From positions 810,001-842,000 of the forward strand of contig NC_004460.2 in assembly GCF_000039765.1 (NCBI RefSeq): a stretch of DNA of 32,000 bases, given 5' to 3'. Origin of the DNA: Vibrio vulnificus CMCP6. Lineage in GTDB: Bacteria > Pseudomonadota > Gammaproteobacteria > Enterobacterales > Vibrionaceae. Shown in pieces: positions 16,524 through 24,804 of the stretch (within the stretch, counting starts at the first letter, position 1; the number at the start of each line of letters is the position of its first letter). The translations under genes and the position numbers were made by a program. Below the pieces are notes generated by a model, which searched no databases, had not been told where the DNA came from, and saw nothing but the letters and a program-made list of their open reading frames with translations.

Positions 16524-17981
16524 TTATTGATGGGACGACATTTGCACAAACAAGCTTGCCAGTAGAGCGAGCTTGGCGTCAATCTCTTCCTCTGCCACAT
16601 TACCAAATCCCAATACCGCGCCCTGCCAATCTCGTTGCGCGCAGGCTTCACTTTCATAATAGCTTAAAGGACGAATCACAATGCCTTGGCGTAAAGCTGC
16701 GGCGGCCCACTGTTGCTCCGTAGGCCCTTGGAACCAACGTACGGTCACATGCAGCCCTGCGGCTTGGCTGATCACTTCCAAGCGCTGAGAAAAATGACGT
16801 TCAATGCCCGCCACCATCGTTTGGTACTTCTGCGCATAGAGGCGGCGCATCTTACGGATATGACGCATTAACGCGCCATCGGCGATAAATTCCGCCAACG
16901 CAGCTTGAGTATGTGTGGGCGAATCGCCACTCAAGGCATCTTTGATTTCACAGCCCCTATGCACCAGCTCAGGGGGCAAGACAAGGTAGCCAAGTCGCAA
17001 ACCGTTAAACATGATCTTGCTAAATGAACCAATATACATAACGCGATCACTGGCACCAATTTGGCTGGCTAGCCCTTGCAAGCTGGTATAGGGGCGATGA
17101 GCAAACTGGAACTCGCTGTCATAGTCATCTTCAATGATCCAGCACTGTTTCACTCGGGCCCACTCGATGATCTGCACTCTTTGCTCTGTGCTTAAGGTGG
17201 TGCCCATTGGGTATTGATTGCTCGGCGTCAGGTAGACAAAACGACATTCAGAAGCGAGCACATCGGCAACATCAATGCCACTTCTCACTGCGACGTTAAG
17301 GGGCTCCATCGGCATGCCCAATAAGCGGGCCACTTTACGCATTTGGCGGTAACCCGGTTGCTCCATTAACAGTGGATCGCTTGCTTCTTTTGCGCACATC
17401 AGCGCGATGGTTAAGGCCTGCTGTGCGCCAGAGGTAATGATGATTTGCTCAGCTTGGCATTTAACAGAGCGACTCGACGCCAAGTAATCGACCAAAGCGC
17501 ACCTGAGGGCGTAATCCCCTTTGACGATTTGATTGCCTAAGATGGTGCGCCGCGAATGTTGGCGTTGTAGATATTTTTGCCATTCAGGCAGCGGGAATTT
17601 TTCCAGATCCGGCACGCCGGGCGCAAAAGCTCGGTTAATCTTGATGGGTTCAGGCTCTGCCGCGAAGGCTGCCATGCTCTTTTCTTGGGCTGGTGAAATC
17701 GCCATTTCTCCTAGAAAGTGCTCTGGTAGCTCAACCACAACGTAGTAGCCCGCGCCAGCACGACTTTCAATGTAACCCTCCGCACAGAGTTGCTCGTACG
17801 CCGCGATGACGGTGTTGCGGCTCACATTGAGCGCCTGAGCTAACTTACGTGTGGCAGGCAAGCGCCCCTGCTTATTCCAAAGTCCGTGCGTGATTTTTTC
17901 TCGAATGGCGTTGTAAAGATCTTGCTGTAACACACCTGTTTTTGGCGTCAGTGTCAGATCGCCGATTTCAATCGGTAGCAT
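16524..17981 (-). CDS. MocR/PdxR-type regulator (GntR wHTH fused to a fold-type I aminotransferase-like domain)
   Basis: The start was chosen at ATG 17981 (MLPIEIG), which has AAAGGA upstream; the ORF-track TTG at 17999 is less likely. The N-terminal wHTH is LPATRKLAQALNVSRNTVIAAYEQLCAEGYI, followed by a PLP-domain-like region of about 350 aa (SFSKIMFNGLRLGY). Confidence 0.85.
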   Translation of the reverse strand: MLPIEIGDLTLTPKTGVLQQDLYNAIREKITHGLWNKQGRLPATRKLAQALNVSRNTVIAAYEQLCAEGYIESRAGAGYYVVVELPEHFLGEMAISPAQEKSMAAFAAEPEPIKINRAFAPGVPDLEKFPLPEWQKYLQRQHSRRTILGNQIVKGDYALRCALVDYLASSRSVKCQAEQIIITSGAQQALTIALMCAKEASDPLLMEQPGYRQMRKVARLLGMPMEPLNVAVRSGIDVADVLASECRFVYLTPSNQYPMGTTLSTEQRVQIIEWARVKQCWIIEDDYDSEFQFAHRPYTSLQGLASQIGASDRVMYIGSFSKIMFNGLRLGYLVLPPELVHRGCEIKDALSGDSPTHTQAALAEFIADGALMRHIRKMRRLYAQKYQTMVAGIERHFSQRLEVISQAAGLHVTVRWFQGPTEQQWAAAALRQGIVIRPLSYYESEACAQRDWQGAVLGFGNVAEEEIDAKLALLASLFVQMSSHQ

Positions 17982-17997
17982 GGTCAGTCCTTTTTCC

Positions 17998-18046
17998 AAT
18001 TGGATCTAAACATAAATCAAAATTGGACCTTATAGCTAGACCAATT
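17998..18046. promoter_or_regulatory. Three copies of an AATTGG(A/T)(C/T)CT motif (two direct, one inverted); candidate MocR operator
   Basis: The copies are AATTGGATCT at 17998-18007, AATTGGACCT at 18021-18030, and AGACCAATT (reverse complement AATTGGTCT) at 18038-18046. All lie within the 116-bp divergent intergenic region. Confidence 0.5.
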
Positions 18047-18097
18047 TGTCTTTATTGTTCGTGTCATCTAAGCACTTCGCACGAAAGGGAGAGAAGT

Positions 18098-18763
18098 ATG
18101 TTGTCAGCAACGGACAGGACTCAAATTAAAAAAGCGGCACGTAAAGCAGTACACGATGTAGAGCAGTTACATCGGATCATTGATGAAAGCTTGATTGCTC
18201 ACATCGCCATTTCGGATGCCTCGGGACCCATTGTCATCCCGATGCTTGCTTGGCGTGTCGACAACCAAGTCTATATTCATGGCGCACGAAACAGCCGCTT
18301 AATCAAAGCGCTGAGATCAGGGCAAAACACCTGCCTCACTTTTACTTTATTTGATGGCTGGGTGTTGGCACGCTCTGCCTTTCACCACAGTGCCCACTAC
18401 CGAAGCGCGGTGGTTTTTGGTCAATTTAATGTGATAGAAGAGAATGCAGAAAAGGATCGTTTGTTGAATCATTTTATTGAGCAGATTGCCCCCGGTCGCA
18501 CCGAGCAGGTTCGCTTAAGTAACGAAAAAGAGCTCAATGCCACCGAACTGCTCGCCATCGGGTTGGAAGAAGCTTCAGTAAAAATCAGTGCATTTGGTGT
18601 CAATGACGACAGCAGCGATCTCGATCGCCCCGTTTGGGCGGGCATCTTACCCTACCGAACCGTTGTCGGGCCATTAGTGGGTGTCGAAGAACAACAAGGC
18701 AGTATCGCGCAACCCGATTACAGTCATGCCTATGGCACTCGTTGGCATCAAGCTTCTCGTTGA
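18098..18763 (+). CDS. Pyridoxamine 5'-phosphate oxidase-like FMN-binding (split-barrel) family protein
   Basis: The start is at ATG 18098 (MLSATDRT) with SD GGGAGAGAAG. The 221-aa protein has the layout of the Pyridox_ox_2-type family. It is divergent from the MocR regulator, which is a classic pairing. Confidence 0.7.
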   Translation: MLSATDRTQIKKAARKAVHDVEQLHRIIDESLIAHIAISDASGPIVIPMLAWRVDNQVYIHGARNSRLIKALRSGQNTCLTFTLFDGWVLARSAFHHSAHYRSAVVFGQFNVIEENAEKDRLLNHFIEQIAPGRTEQVRLSNEKELNATELLAIGLEEASVKISAFGVNDDSSDLDRPVWAGILPYRTVVGPLVGVEEQQGSIAQPDYSHAYGTRWHQASR

Positions 18764-18854
18764 GCGCGCTTGCACCTGCCAGTGATTTTTATCTGGCTAA
18801 TTTAGCCAAGCATGTTGACCATTAACCACAGAATATCAGCGATTTTTCTTGTGG

Positions 18855-20255
18855 TTAATGGAACGCTTTATCGATTCGAGCTTGATATTTCTTAAAGGCT
18901 TCGTCATCACAAGGCGACGCATTGTCACCATTGTTTTGATTAGGGATCAAGATGCTAAATCGCGCCCCACCCAAATGGCTATCATCGACAGAAAGGTGCC
19001 AGCCTAAACGTTTCGCCGCGCTTGACGCAATCGCCAGTCCAAGACCAAATCCACCAGAGTTGGCATTGCGACTTTGATCTAAACGCGCAAAAGCAATGAA
19101 GATCTCGTCACGTTTATCCAGCGGAATGCCTGGACCATCATCTTCAACGTCAATACACCAGCAGCAATCGAAATCGCGTAGTGTGACGTCTACTCTGCCA
19201 TGACCATAGCGGGCCGCGTTTTTAATCAGGTTATCGAGCACCAATTTGGCTAACGTCGATTCAAACACCATCACGTCGCTGCGGCGGATGCCGTCAGTCT
19301 TCACATCTCCCAAACCGTTGGACATCAACCTTGTGCGACACTCGCAAAACGCCAATAACGATTTCTCTATGCGCATGCTCTCACGATACTCTTTTGTCAG
19401 CGCATTGAGGCGCGAGAGCTGAATGACGTCAGTGGTCAGCTCGTTGATATCTTCTATGTACTCATCAATATCGTCAAAAAGTCGCTGCTGCTCGGCGGGC
19501 ACTTTTCGGCGCACGAGATCGGAAGCCATTTGAATACGGCTGAGTGGCGTGCGAATTTCATGCGGTATTGCCTGAGAAAAAATCTGGCTCTGTTTGACGC
19601 GGCTTTCGATCTCTTCCGCCATCATATTAAAACTGACGGAAGCTTCATGCAGCGGTGACGTGTTGTAGATCTCTGAGCGCACACTCAATTCCCCTTCCCC
19701 AAAGCGCTTTTGCAATGCCACTAAGCGATCTACCCTCTTTCTCACGCGATAGAGAGGCACATAAACCAACAAGGCGAGTGATAGCGCCATCGTGGTCACC
19801 AACATCAGCAAAAATTTGATTTCCGAATCTTCATACCACTCGATATTGGGACTAAAGAAATCGCGTGTTTCTTTAAACACTAAGCTATGGCGAGAGTTTG
19901 GCAGAGGGAATACCGCCAGATAGACGTTTTCTTCGGTGATATAAATTGGCACGGCTTGCAACGTATCCAGCAGTCTGCAGCCATCACAGGGGGGAGAGCC
20001 ATCCCAATTGTCGAGCAAATAGAGTTCAAAAATGTAGAACTTCTGATAATGATTGCGTGCCAGTGCGGAAAATTGAGAATCCGCTTTGGTGCGTTGCTCG
20101 GTATAGAGATCAACAAAGTAGCTGCCATCATTGAGGAAGATTTCAAGATCGGTCTGCCGCATATAATCTTCAGCGAAGTAGAGAAACACAGCGACCGTGA
20201 CAAACAGCCCAATCACCAGCTCCAAATAGAGACAAGTGAACATCGAACGGCGCAT
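18855..20255 (-). CDS. Two-component sensor histidine kinase, RstB-like
   Basis: The protein is 466 aa.
- It has two TM segments and a periplasmic domain containing PPCDGC.
- The region before the H-box (LQKRFGEGELSVRSE...SFNMMAEEIE) and the H-box PHEIRTPLSRI resemble E. coli RstB as I recall it.
- The N and G boxes are DNLIKNAARYG, DDGPGIP and GGFGLGLAIA.
- Its ATG overlaps the response-regulator stop codon (TAATG). Confidence 0.85.
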   Translation of the reverse strand: MRRSMFTCLYLELVIGLFVTVAVFLYFAEDYMRQTDLEIFLNDGSYFVDLYTEQRTKADSQFSALARNHYQKFYIFELYLLDNWDGSPPCDGCRLLDTLQAVPIYITEENVYLAVFPLPNSRHSLVFKETRDFFSPNIEWYEDSEIKFLLMLVTTMALSLALLVYVPLYRVRKRVDRLVALQKRFGEGELSVRSEIYNTSPLHEASVSFNMMAEEIESRVKQSQIFSQAIPHEIRTPLSRIQMASDLVRRKVPAEQQRLFDDIDEYIEDINELTTDVIQLSRLNALTKEYRESMRIEKSLLAFCECRTRLMSNGLGDVKTDGIRRSDVMVFESTLAKLVLDNLIKNAARYGHGRVDVTLRDFDCCWCIDVEDDGPGIPLDKRDEIFIAFARLDQSRNANSGGFGLGLAIASSAAKRLGWHLSVDDSHLGGARFSILIPNQNNGDNASPCDDEAFKKYQARIDKAFH

Positions 20256-20959
20256 TAATGGGTGCCTACTAGCATATATCCGCGATTGCGGATGGTTTTG
20301 ATCACCGCACTTTGTACATTCGCTTGCTGTAACTTTCTTCTTAAGCCCGAGACACGCATATCGATAGAACGATTGTTAAAACTGTATTCAATACCACGTG
20401 CAGCCTGACAGCAGTCATCTCGCGTTACCACTTGATCGATGCTGGCAATAAGAAGCTGTAAGATTTCAAATTCCGACGTTGTTAAGTTAAGTGGTTTATC
20501 AAGATAAGCGGCACTTTGCATTTTTTCGTTAATGCTCAGCCCATACACTTGCTTGATATACGACGGGCTGTCGCTCGGAGATTGAACGCCTCGCTGTAAA
20601 CGCCTCAATAGCGCTTCGATGCGAGCCACCAGCACATGCCCTCGCACGGGCTTAGTCACGTAATCGTCCGCACCAAACTTGAATAGGCACACTTCGCTCA
20701 TCTCATCTTCTGAGGCCGTCAACACCATGATCATGCCCTGATAGAAGTGACGAATTTCTTTACAGATGGTTGCGCCGTCCTTGCCCGGCAACATCAAGTC
20801 GAGTAGTACAATATGCGGCTCATAGGACTTCACTGTCTCTGCGGCATGAGTACCTTCATGAATGACTTTCACTTGATAACCTTCTGCATCTAAATACATT
20901 TTGGTCAATCTCGCGATTTCCAAGTCATCTTCAATCAGTAGAATTTTGCAATCCAACAA
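20255..20959 (-). CDS. OmpR-family response regulator, RstA-like
   Basis: The receiver reads KILLIEDD...VLLDLMLPGKDGATICKEIR...YVTKP, and the wHTH reads RSIDMRVSGLRRKL...IKTIRNRGYML. The gene appears to start at a TTG (no in-frame ATG upstream) with a weak SD. Confidence 0.85.
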   Translation of the reverse strand: MLDCKILLIEDDLEIARLTKMYLDAEGYQVKVIHEGTHAAETVKSYEPHIVLLDLMLPGKDGATICKEIRHFYQGMIMVLTASEDEMSEVCLFKFGADDYVTKPVRGHVLVARIEALLRRLQRGVQSPSDSPSYIKQVYGLSINEKMQSAAYLDKPLNLTTSEFEILQLLIASIDQVVTRDDCCQAARGIEYSFNNRSIDMRVSGLRRKLQQANVQSAVIKTIRNRGYMLVGTH

Positions 20960-21064
20960 AACGATACACCCAGTCTATAAATCCGCGCGCAGTATATAGG
21001 AAAGATTGGCGAAGGCAAAAACAAAAGGTCAAATAATTGACTCGTCAAAAAGACGAGTTACGCT

Positions 21065-21078
21065 TACATGACCTTACA
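21065..21078. promoter_or_regulatory. RstA-box-like direct repeat TACATGACCTTACA
   Basis: It matches 12 of 14 positions of the E. coli RstA box TACATNTNGTTACA as I recall it, with both TACA half-sites at the correct 10-bp spacing. It lies about 110 bp upstream of the response-regulator start. Confidence 0.4.
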
Positions 21079-21203
21079 TTAGTGGAGGACTTTATAAAAC
21101 CAAACCATCTACACAGATCATACACCTAATAAACCAACCAATCGCTTATACGTTAAAATTTAACGCCAAAAATAAATTGAATTTCAGAATTAAATGCCAA
21201 GGC

Positions 21204-21239
21204 AATTTGTAAGCAATCCGGGCTTATTGCTTACAAATT
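21204..21239. repeat. Perfect 14-bp inverted repeat AATTTGTAAGCAAT-N8-ATTGCTTACAAATT
   Basis: The repeat is read directly from the sequence. Each arm contains a TTACA/TGTAA half-site. It lies about 105 bp upstream of the lipoprotein gene. Confidence 0.6.
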
Positions 21240-21344
21240 CAAATATCCAGCCACCACTGAATCCAAGCGCATAGCTGCACATTACATTGACTCAAGGTAT
21301 GATTCGCACCCATCCATTTCCCCATTCCATTTGAGAGTACTATT

Positions 21345-22049
21345 GTGCGAAAACAACTCCAATCTGTAGCGCTATTCTCGGTTGCTGCAATGCTTACTGC
21401 GTGTGGCTCTGTCGCCATCATGTCCAAATCAGATTTGGTGAAACAACAACCTGAATTGATCATCAAAACGGATGGTGATTTTTGGGGGCTAGGCCAAGAA
21501 GGTACGTTTGATCTCGCCGGTTTGTATAACGGCCAATACTCTCGTCATGCTTCCAATTCTTCATGGTTTGATACCATCTCGACCTCAAAAGGCGAGATGG
21601 CTGCCAATATCACCAACACCCAAAATAACCAGATGTGGACTATGAGTTGTTCAGGCGGTGGCACGAACGTGAACTACATGGGCGTTCAATTTGGTGGCAA
21701 CAAGCCGTATCAGTGCACCATTTTCCAAGCAGGTGAACAAGTGGGTCAGTTCATCATGCAAGAGAAATCGGCGGTGATCGATTTGGGTCTAGAAAAGAAA
21801 GAAACAGGCTACATTGAAGTGGGCCACACTCGCTTTGAACTCGAAACTGTGCATACGGGTGAAGGGCTACTGATGCCGCTTGAATCTCCGCTTGGCTACA
21901 GTTTTAAGCACAATGGCCGTGAAATTGCTGCCGTACAAACCAACGGCATGCTGACGGTGCAATGGCTACCTGAACTGACAAGCCATGAAAAAGACGTGCT
22001 CGCTATTGGCGCGATCGCCGGAGCACTAAGCTGGCGTCCACAAGAATAA
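21345..22049 (+). CDS. Hypothetical lipoprotein (234 aa)
   Basis: The gene has a GTG start with SD GAGAG. The signal peptide carries the lipobox MLTAC|GS. I recognise no family. Confidence 0.7.
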   Translation: MRKQLQSVALFSVAAMLTACGSVAIMSKSDLVKQQPELIIKTDGDFWGLGQEGTFDLAGLYNGQYSRHASNSSWFDTISTSKGEMAANITNTQNNQMWTMSCSGGGTNVNYMGVQFGGNKPYQCTIFQAGEQVGQFIMQEKSAVIDLGLEKKETGYIEVGHTRFELETVHTGEGLLMPLESPLGYSFKHNGREIAAVQTNGMLTVQWLPELTSHEKDVLAIGAIAGALSWRPQE

Positions 22050-22101
22050 ACACTCGCCTCTGTTGAATGCATCAACATCAGGATGGGCCCTATATTCTGT
22101 T

Positions 22102-23127
22102 TTAATAGACATCGTGGAAACGCTGCCGATACTGCGCTGGCGTCACTCCACGATGTTTTTTGAACATTCGATTGAAACTCGCCACATTGGTATAGCCTAA
22201 ACGCTGCGCAATCACCTCAATCTCAGCGCCGTGCGCGAGCAAGTTAACCGCTTGGTTACTCAATACATAGCCGCAAACCGTTGAAAAGTTTAATCCCAAA
22301 CGATGCAAACGCCGCTGTAACTGTTGTTCAGATATGGACATCAAGTCCGCCACACGTTTCAGCGTCGGTAACCCATAATGACAGCTGTAGTTAACCAGCT
22401 CATAGATGGATTTCAGTTCGTCATCCGGCACAGGCATATTGAGCAAGTCATCTAAATCAGAGAAGTTCATGGCAAGGCGCTTGTTCGCCACCAGCTTCTT
22501 TTGTCTGACGGCCAGTCGATCGTCCGAATGTAACCAAACTTCGGTTTTATTGTGGTTCCACCCGACTTCGCAGCCAAAATACTCTTGGTATAACGCACGA
22601 TGAGTGCGAGAGCCTGAAAGCATCACTCGACGCGGGGTAAAATCCTCACCTAAGTATTCACGGACGATTTTGGTCATAAACACCGCCACGCGTATGCTGT
22701 CATGCACTTTCACATCGGGATGAATGAAGGGGTTTTCGTAGGTCCATTTAACCAGCGGCCCGACTTGCGAGCCAGCGAGAAACGCACCAGATTGCAGACA
22801 GCCTATTCCGTAGTTAATGCGTCGAATGGTGGTCGATAAATCGTAGCCTGAGAAAAGCCAACGCCCCACAGCACCCAACTTTTCAATGTCCACCTCTTTG
22901 GTCAATTTCAGGATGAAATCCGCCTCAGTAAAACGTTCTAAGTTCGCGTATAAACGGTTCAATTCCGGCAATGGAATCAGGTTCATGGTGTTATGAAATA
23001 CGGAATCAGGAAGACCGATTTGTGCCTGAGACAAGCCGTAGAGGCGCTTGGCATTGAGCTGCAAGTTAACAATAGAGATCGCACGAACAAAGCGAACAGA
23101 TTTAATATCCACGAAAACAGATCGCAT
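22102..23127 (-). CDS. AraC family transcriptional regulator with an AraC-type N-terminal ligand-binding domain
   Basis: The C-terminal double HTH is LKRVADLMSISEQQLQRRLHRLG...IAQRLGYTNVASFNRMFKKHRGVTPAQYR. The start is uncertain: ATG 23127 was chosen, and GTG 23160 is the alternative. Confidence 0.8.
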   Translation of the reverse strand: MRSVFVDIKSVRFVRAISIVNLQLNAKRLYGLSQAQIGLPDSVFHNTMNLIPLPELNRLYANLERFTEADFILKLTKEVDIEKLGAVGRWLFSGYDLSTTIRRINYGIGCLQSGAFLAGSQVGPLVKWTYENPFIHPDVKVHDSIRVAVFMTKIVREYLGEDFTPRRVMLSGSRTHRALYQEYFGCEVGWNHNKTEVWLHSDDRLAVRQKKLVANKRLAMNFSDLDDLLNMPVPDDELKSIYELVNYSCHYGLPTLKRVADLMSISEQQLQRRLHRLGLNFSTVCGYVLSNQAVNLLAHGAEIEVIAQRLGYTNVASFNRMFKKHRGVTPAQYRQRFHDVY

Positions 23128-23222
23128 CAAATTTAAATAAATAATGAAGTAATCTGTCACAAACTAAGTGAGTTATCAATTCCTGAACACAATAGCGCAA
23201 AAATCGAATACAGGAGAATTGA

Positions 23223-23558
23223 ATGAGTCTACTTAGTGTGCCGTTCGTTGGAACGGGCGCGGATACTGCCTTGCATGTGATGGCTACCGTCGTATTGGTC
23301 GCAAGTGTTGCGGCAGCGGGATTTGGCTTTTGGAAGATTCACGAGCTCCCCATCAATAAAGCACACAGTAAAGATCATCATCAAATCGGACTCATCACCG
23401 CCCTCACATGGATTGGATTTATTTGGCACTGGGTTTGGGTGCTGGCCGTTATTCTCGCTTTTGTCGACATGGACAAGGCGATTATTCATTTACGTGACAC
23501 TTGGAAAGGCACACCCGAAACCGATGCCCAACAGCAGGAGCAGGAGAACGCGAAATGA
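23223..23558 (+). CDS. DUF3302 family inner-membrane protein (YiaW-like)
   Basis: An SD AGGAG is present. The 111-aa protein contains KIHELPINKAHSKDHHQIGLITALTWIGFIWHWVWVLA, which parallels E. coli YiaW (IHDIPYLIAKKRNHPHADAIHVAGW...) as I recall it. Confidence 0.75.
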   Translation: MSLLSVPFVGTGADTALHVMATVVLVASVAAAGFGFWKIHELPINKAHSKDHHQIGLITALTWIGFIWHWVWVLAVILAFVDMDKAIIHLRDTWKGTPETDAQQQEQENAK

Positions 23559-24778
23559 TTGAAGGTTTAGCGGTATGGGCGCTGTTCATCTATTTGCTAC
23601 GCATGGTGGGCATGCCTTGGAACAAAGGGACGAAAGCTTTTGCTTACATGAGCGGCGTCTCTTGGTTAATGTTTGTTTGGGTTGGGTTGATCAATTTCAC
23701 GCCGATGGACATTTCTGGCGGCTCGGTGGTGCAATCGCCACACATTCAATTGCGCCCGGACTCCAGCAACGTCAACGGTAAAGTTGAAAAAATCTACATT
23801 TCGCCCAATCAAGAGCTCAGCAAAGGTCAGCTCATTTACCAACTGGATGATACGCCCTATCAAATTGCGCTCAACCAAGCCAAAGTGACAAGCCAAGCAG
23901 CGCAAGTGGCTCTTAAAGTCGCACAAGAAGACATCGCCATTGCTCAAGCAAGCCATGAGGCGGCGTTGCAAGACCTAGAAACATCAAAAAGTCAGTTAGC
24001 AGCAGCGAAAGCCGATCATCAGTTGCAAGCCAAAACATTAACGCGATACGTCGAACAAAACCGAGTGGTGAAGAACACCATCACGCAGAATGACATCGAC
24101 AAGCAGACAACGGCAGTGGAACTGGCTAAACAGAACATTGCAACGTTGCAATCGTCCTTGAAGAAGAAAGAAGTCGATGCAAGCCGCGCAAAACTCGACA
24201 TTACCAAGGCTGAGTTGGCCGTCGAAACCCGCACAGCCGATCTTGCCAAGGCGAAAGAGCAAGTTGCACGCGCGCAATGGGATCTTGACAGCACATTGGT
24301 TTACGCACCAGCCGATGGCTTTGTCACCAACTTCATCTTGCGTGAAGGGCAACGTGTTTCCATGATGCCAAGGCTGCAAATGTACACCAACGAAAAGTAC
24401 GTTTTGATGCGTGTTAATCACCAAGCCATTCGCAATGTCAAACCAGGGCAAATGGCGGAGTTCGCCTCTTCGGTCTACCCCGGAAAAATTTTCTCCGCAG
24501 AAGTCGAAGGCATTGTGGAAGCTACTGGAGAAGCGCAAGGCAACCTGCTTGGTTGGGATGACTCAGTGCGCATAACCACTGGCAAAAACCTCGCTAACAA
24601 GCATCACTTTGTGCGTTTAAAAATTGATGAACCAGAAGGCTACGACTTGCCTGTCGGTTCAGTGGGCTTGGCATGGGTCAGCGGAGAAAAGCCCATTGGC
24701 TTCCTCGCTTTCTTAGACGTGATTCGCGGCATCATTATCCGCATGAAATCTCAGTTGTACTTTTTCTACTCCATCTAA
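23555..24778 (+). CDS. HlyD-family membrane-fusion-type protein (YiaV-like)
   Basis: The start ATG at 23555 overlaps the upstream stop codon (ATGA). The protein has an N-terminal TM segment, a long coiled-coil (QAKVTSQAAQVALKVAQEDIAIAQ...), and a barrel-sandwich region (VYAPADGFVTNFILREGQRV). Confidence 0.8.
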   Translation: MIEGLAVWALFIYLLRMVGMPWNKGTKAFAYMSGVSWLMFVWVGLINFTPMDISGGSVVQSPHIQLRPDSSNVNGKVEKIYISPNQELSKGQLIYQLDDTPYQIALNQAKVTSQAAQVALKVAQEDIAIAQASHEAALQDLETSKSQLAAAKADHQLQAKTLTRYVEQNRVVKNTITQNDIDKQTTAVELAKQNIATLQSSLKKKEVDASRAKLDITKAELAVETRTADLAKAKEQVARAQWDLDSTLVYAPADGFVTNFILREGQRVSMMPRLQMYTNEKYVLMRVNHQAIRNVKPGQMAEFASSVYPGKIFSAEVEGIVEATGEAQGNLLGWDDSVRITTGKNLANKHHFVRLKIDEPEGYDLPVGSVGLAWVSGEKPIGFLAFLDVIRGIIIRMKSQLYFFYSI

Positions 24779-24783
24779 TCATT

Positions 24784-24804
24784 AAGACCGCACTAAGCGG
24801 TCTT
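24784..24804 (+). terminator. Hairpin after the HlyD-family gene
   Basis: The stem AAGACCGC/GCGGTCTT has a 5-nt loop. The downstream T tract is weak (ACCTCTTTCC). Confidence 0.45.

Noticed and set aside
18366-18371. Additional TGGCAC hexamers (18366-18371 and 1972-1977) as sigma-54 promoters
   Set aside because: Both lie inside coding sequence. The downstream GC element is at the wrong spacing in both: GC is 2 nt too close at 18366, and there is no TTGC at N5 at 1972.
24038-24538. 166-aa minus-strand ORF and other long antisense ORFs inside the HlyD, mgtE, codA, kinase and similar genes
   Set aside because: They lie entirely within well-supported genes on the opposite strand. They have no SD and no family resemblance.
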